Source: Anthoceros angustus | Lineage: Eukaryota; Plantae; Anthocerotophyta | Assembly: GCA_010909165.1 (NCBI GenBank) | Contig: MU008158.1 | Coordinates: 3,738,809-3,802,808, forward strand | Length of the DNA stretch: 64,000 nt | Direction: 5' to 3' | Part shown: one piece after another, positions 60,162-64,000 of the stretch | Numbering within the stretch: the first letter of the stretch is position 1 | How the letters are laid out: every line of letters begins with the position of its first letter | Made by a program: the position numbers and the translations under genes | Notes under the pieces: model-generated | What the model saw: the letters and a program-made list of their open reading frames with translations, nothing else | The model's database searches: none | Told to the model about the DNA's origin: nothing

Positions 60162-62095
60162 TAACATATGCATTCAACCCATACGCTATAAAGTTGACGA
60201 GCCCTTGCAATCATACAGATGTAAGGGGCTATCATACAGGATCAGAGACTGAAAATCCACCAAGGCAGGGTGCCCTTACCATGAGAGCTGCAATGCCGAT
60301 GTGAAGGCAATACAGCCAGAACAGCCGTTGATGTGGTTTCACAGAATCATGAGTTCGGTTGATAGTTGCAAATGTGGACTCCAGGAGCCTATCAGAATCA
60401 ATGGATAAAGGCACCACCTGTTCATGGCCTGAAAAGATGATAACGAAGTTCACAGTGATGACTAGATAATGGCGTATGTAAGTAATGTTATAAGCAACAA
60501 CCACACCGAACGGTAGGGACAAGGTTTTGCATTCAGCTACCTACATTCATGTCAGCGCGCACCTCCACTTGTCGCTGATGTTCAGACATGCCCACTGCCA
60601 TTTGCAATAACCAAGTGCTTAAATCAAGCAATATATGGCAGATGGAACTAACGCGCTTGAGCCTGATGATGGCGACAGAAAGCCAGATACTTACTCGGGT
60701 TGTATGATTTATCATGCGAATGACTGGAAAGTAAGCTGTTCCATTGAACAGTATAGCTCCCCATAGGGGTACATAGAATGTGATAGAATGTGAAAAGCCG
60801 TAGCACCTGGTACCAGAGTTTTGATAGTTGGCATCCATGGTTGCACAGTGGTCCTCCCACACTGCAATTGAAGAAAACCACAAAGCCTTTCCATACCTTT
60901 CCGTAGTTGTCTCTATCACGACAAGCACCAAGCACCCGGTCCATAGTCATTTGAGCTGCAAATGCCAATAAATTGACCACTACGCTAGGAAAGACATGAA
61001 GATCACCACTAACCTGTCCAAACTTGAAATTCGGCAGTCCTTCTTGGACCACCAATGCATTAGGGCCACTCCCAAATGCATCTTCCAGTGCATGAACGTG
61101 CACACAAAAGAACCTTTAGATGGTCCGTAAAACTATACGGTGTGGCACATTGTTGCGGTAACATATGCATTCAACCCATACGCTATAAAGTTGAAGAGCC
61201 CTGCAATCATACAGATGGGCTATCATACAGGATCGTGAAAATCCACCAAGGCAGGTGCCCTTACCATGAGAGCTGCAATGCCGATGTGAAGCAAATAACA
61301 TGTTGATGTGGTTTCACAGAATCATGAGTTCGGTTGATAGTTGCAAATGTGGACTCCAGGAGCCTATCAGAATCAATGGATAAAGGCACCACCTGTTCAT
61401 GGCCTGAAAAGATGATAACGAAGTTCACAGTGACAGCTAGATAATGGCATGTACAGGCGAAGTAATGTTATAAGCAACAACCACACCGAACGGTAGGGAC
61501 AAGGTTTTGCATTCAGCTACCTACATTCAGCACACCTCACTTGTCGCTGACGTTCAGACATGCCACCGCCATTTGCAATAACCAAGTGCTTAAATCAAGC
61601 AATATATGGCAGATGGAACTAACGCGCTTGAGCCTGATGATGGCGGCGAAAGCCGATACTTACTCGGGTTGTATTTATCATGCGAATGACTGGAAAGTAA
61701 GCTGTTCCATTGAACAGTATAGCTCCCCATAGGGGTACATACATAGAATGTGAAAAGCCAGCACCCGGTACCAGAGTTTTGATAGTTGGCATCCATGGTT
61801 GCACAGTGGTCCTCCCACACCGCAATCGAAGAAAACCACAAAGTTTCGTACCTTTCCTGTAGTTGTCTCTGTCTGACCCAACACCAAGCACCAGCCATAG
61901 TCATTTGAGCTGCAAATGCCAATAAATTGACCAGGAAAGACATGAAGATCACCACTAACTGTCCAAACTTGAAATTCGGCAGTCCTTCTTGGACCACCAA
62001 TGCATTAGGGCCACTCCCAAATGCATCTTCCAAAGCATGAACGTGCACACAAAAGAACCTTTAGATGGTCCAAAACTATAAGTGGCACATTGTTG
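60162..62095. repeat. ~1-kb tandem duplication (probable assembly artefact)
   Basis: 60162-61158 is repeated at 61159-62095; the copies differ mainly by scattered 1-3-nt deletions. Confidence 0.9.
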
Positions 62096-62275
62096 TAAGA
62101 ATATATGTCGATGCGGATGACTACCTAGGCGACATGCCGAGAATGAACAGGAGCGTACCAACTAAAGTTCAAACCGGTCCGTTGTGGGTTTCAGGACTTC
62201 CATGTCAGTTAGATCATCTGCAAGGTAACGCCATTCTCCACTCACAAGATGGGCAATTGATGCAAACATGGCAGC

Positions 62276-63420
62276 ATGACGGTGACGAGGCTCTTGCAAC
62301 GGCACCCGGAATGGCGCGGCGTGTATGGGCGGCTATCCGTGGTGGAGGTCTGCACGCTCATTGCAACTCATATGCCCATCACACAGCACAGAGTCAACGC
62401 AGGAATACGTATACGCTTCGTGCAGGTGGAGCTGCAAGTCGATGGAATCGACATCCCAAGGAGGCAGGTGACGGAGGCGCTGTGGTTGATGTAGCCGGAG
62501 GACATGGCCCGCCGCTCGACGGTCCGCATCCGTCGCGTGTAGTACACCAACACGATGCCCATGTTCATGTGGCACATGGATTGTGAGTGGTTCCAGCAGT
62601 TTGCCGCGGTGTGTGCTGTGCGCTAGATTGGAATGGGAGCGATTCTTTGCTTGTCACCGAAATGGATGGTTGGATTGTGTGCGGCCTATGACAAGTATAT
62701 AATTCTGCAGTCCATGGTGCAATAGATGGGGCCACCCACTACGTCCCATGGTTGGTGGAAGATAACAAGCGGGGACAACCATTTTCAACGCCTATGTGGA
62801 TGCAAAGTGAGGAGGTTTGGCCATCCCAGGATTCGGTCGGACTGTAGTGAGCACAACTGATAGAGGCGGACATGATGATGAGGCCAAGGGCACAGCAACT
62901 TCATCCGTGGCCTCCGTGCCTGACCGGGTCGTGGTTGCTTGCGATGCCTTTGTCGGTGAGGAGGTATGGTAGTAATCATGCATGTCTGCAGAGGATTGAG
63001 CATTTTGGCGGTCATTGGGGAGAAGTGGCGTTCACTGCAAGGGGTACATGATGGATTTGGTGAGGAGAAGCGAGTTGGACATCACCAACCCCTGGCACAT
63101 CCATTCCCTACATGTCACCTTCATGCCCACCATGAGGGCGGAGCTGGAACGTTGGAGGCAGGTGTGGAACAGGCACAGGGTGCGCAGGATAAGGGCCGCG
63201 GACATGGACATCCCCGGCTATGTGCTTGCAATAGCGTTCCAGGAAGAGGCTCGGCTCCAAGGGCGGGTGCAGCCACCCGCATATGGGACTGCGGATGACG
63301 ATGGCGAGGAGTTCGATGCCTGTGGTCCTCAATATGCACAGAACGTGGCCCCCGAGATGCCACCGCTAGGTGTGATTGAGCTGTTGTCCGGGGTGAGTCT
63401 TCGGCTGCAGCACACTTGTC
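62276..63420 (+). mobile_element. Intron-containing integrase-fold DDE transposase (IS3EU-like), frameshifted
   Basis: RIRRVVYTNTMPMFMWHMD (D1), then a GTGAGT donor at 62584; VHGAIDGATHY...DNKR; RFGHP.RIRSD (D2); an acceptor then RIEHF (E); LDITNPWHIHSLHVTFMPTMRAELERWRQVWNRHRVR. Confidence 0.72.
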
Positions 63421-64000
63421 TTTCACTACTACATTTTGCCCCTCAAAACAACGCTCCAAAACAACGGTTGGAAAAGGCGTTGTTTCTTAGGTTCGGAGCC
63501 ATACCTCGTTTGGTGTGGATTTAGGTGCGACTAGGTCCGGGTAATTCTTAATGAGTAATTTTAGTTCTTAACAAATAATTTTAATTCTTAATGATTAATT
63601 TTATATTTAATCAATATAGTGTATAATTAATCAGATATTTAGTAAACAGTGGAATACACTTAACGCGGCTTCATCCGCATCCAACGGGCCCCGTCCCGTT
63701 CCAACTTGTCGAACTTAGCAGCCGTCCGAATCCAACGGGCCCCGTCCCCACATCATGAGCACATCCTGTCTCGTTTGGAGCTGAGAAGCGCATCCGTCCC
63801 AAGGGAACAAGGGCATAGAAAGTTGAGTATTTGCTGCTCCATGAGTTTCACACCCGCAAGTTCATTGTCCTAACAAACTTACTCTCCGCGAGAAAGAGTG
63901 AATTGCTGTCAAGCGAAAGAAGTTGTCAAGCTTGGAAGTGGAGGACAGAGAAGAACTGGTCTTTGGAGATGAAAATGTCCAGGAAGAGACGCTTGTTGGG

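Overview
Eukaryotic nuclear DNA from a gene-dense land plant with short introns (mostly about 70-150 nt). It looks like a non-seed plant such as a hornwort or lycophyte, but that is inference only. From left to right: a decayed LINE-like remnant; a full-length but disabled Ty1/copia element (TG...TA LTRs, GTCCC TSD) sitting at the 3' end of a pseudogenised SPT20/PHL-like gene with a 492-bp tandem Gln-rich array; then a ~33-kb receptor-rich cluster. The cluster holds four malectin-like/LRR (LRR-I, SYMRK/IOS1-type) receptor kinases, one of them a predicted pseudokinase, plus a broken L-type lectin RLK, a secreted polyamine oxidase, a plastid membrane-protein gene and an intronless NRAMP metal transporter. 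The right end is nested transposons: a gag+protease-only (TR-GAG-like) copia derivative inside a degenerate TE ORF, and an intron-containing IS3EU-like DDE transposase. The best candidate for a new system is the regulatory context of the NRAMP. It has a triple GTAC (CuRE-like) promoter cluster and a Met-rich uORF (MPMPMAMPM*) that could also splice in frame onto the transporter. On its other flank, a second GTAC cluster precedes a long imperfect hairpin. Together these suggest a copper/metal-sensing module, which is an untested hypothesis. Two ~1-kb tandem duplications look like long-read assembly artefacts, so some frameshifts may be sequencing errors. Gene models were read by eye and family assignments are from recalled motifs, not database searches.
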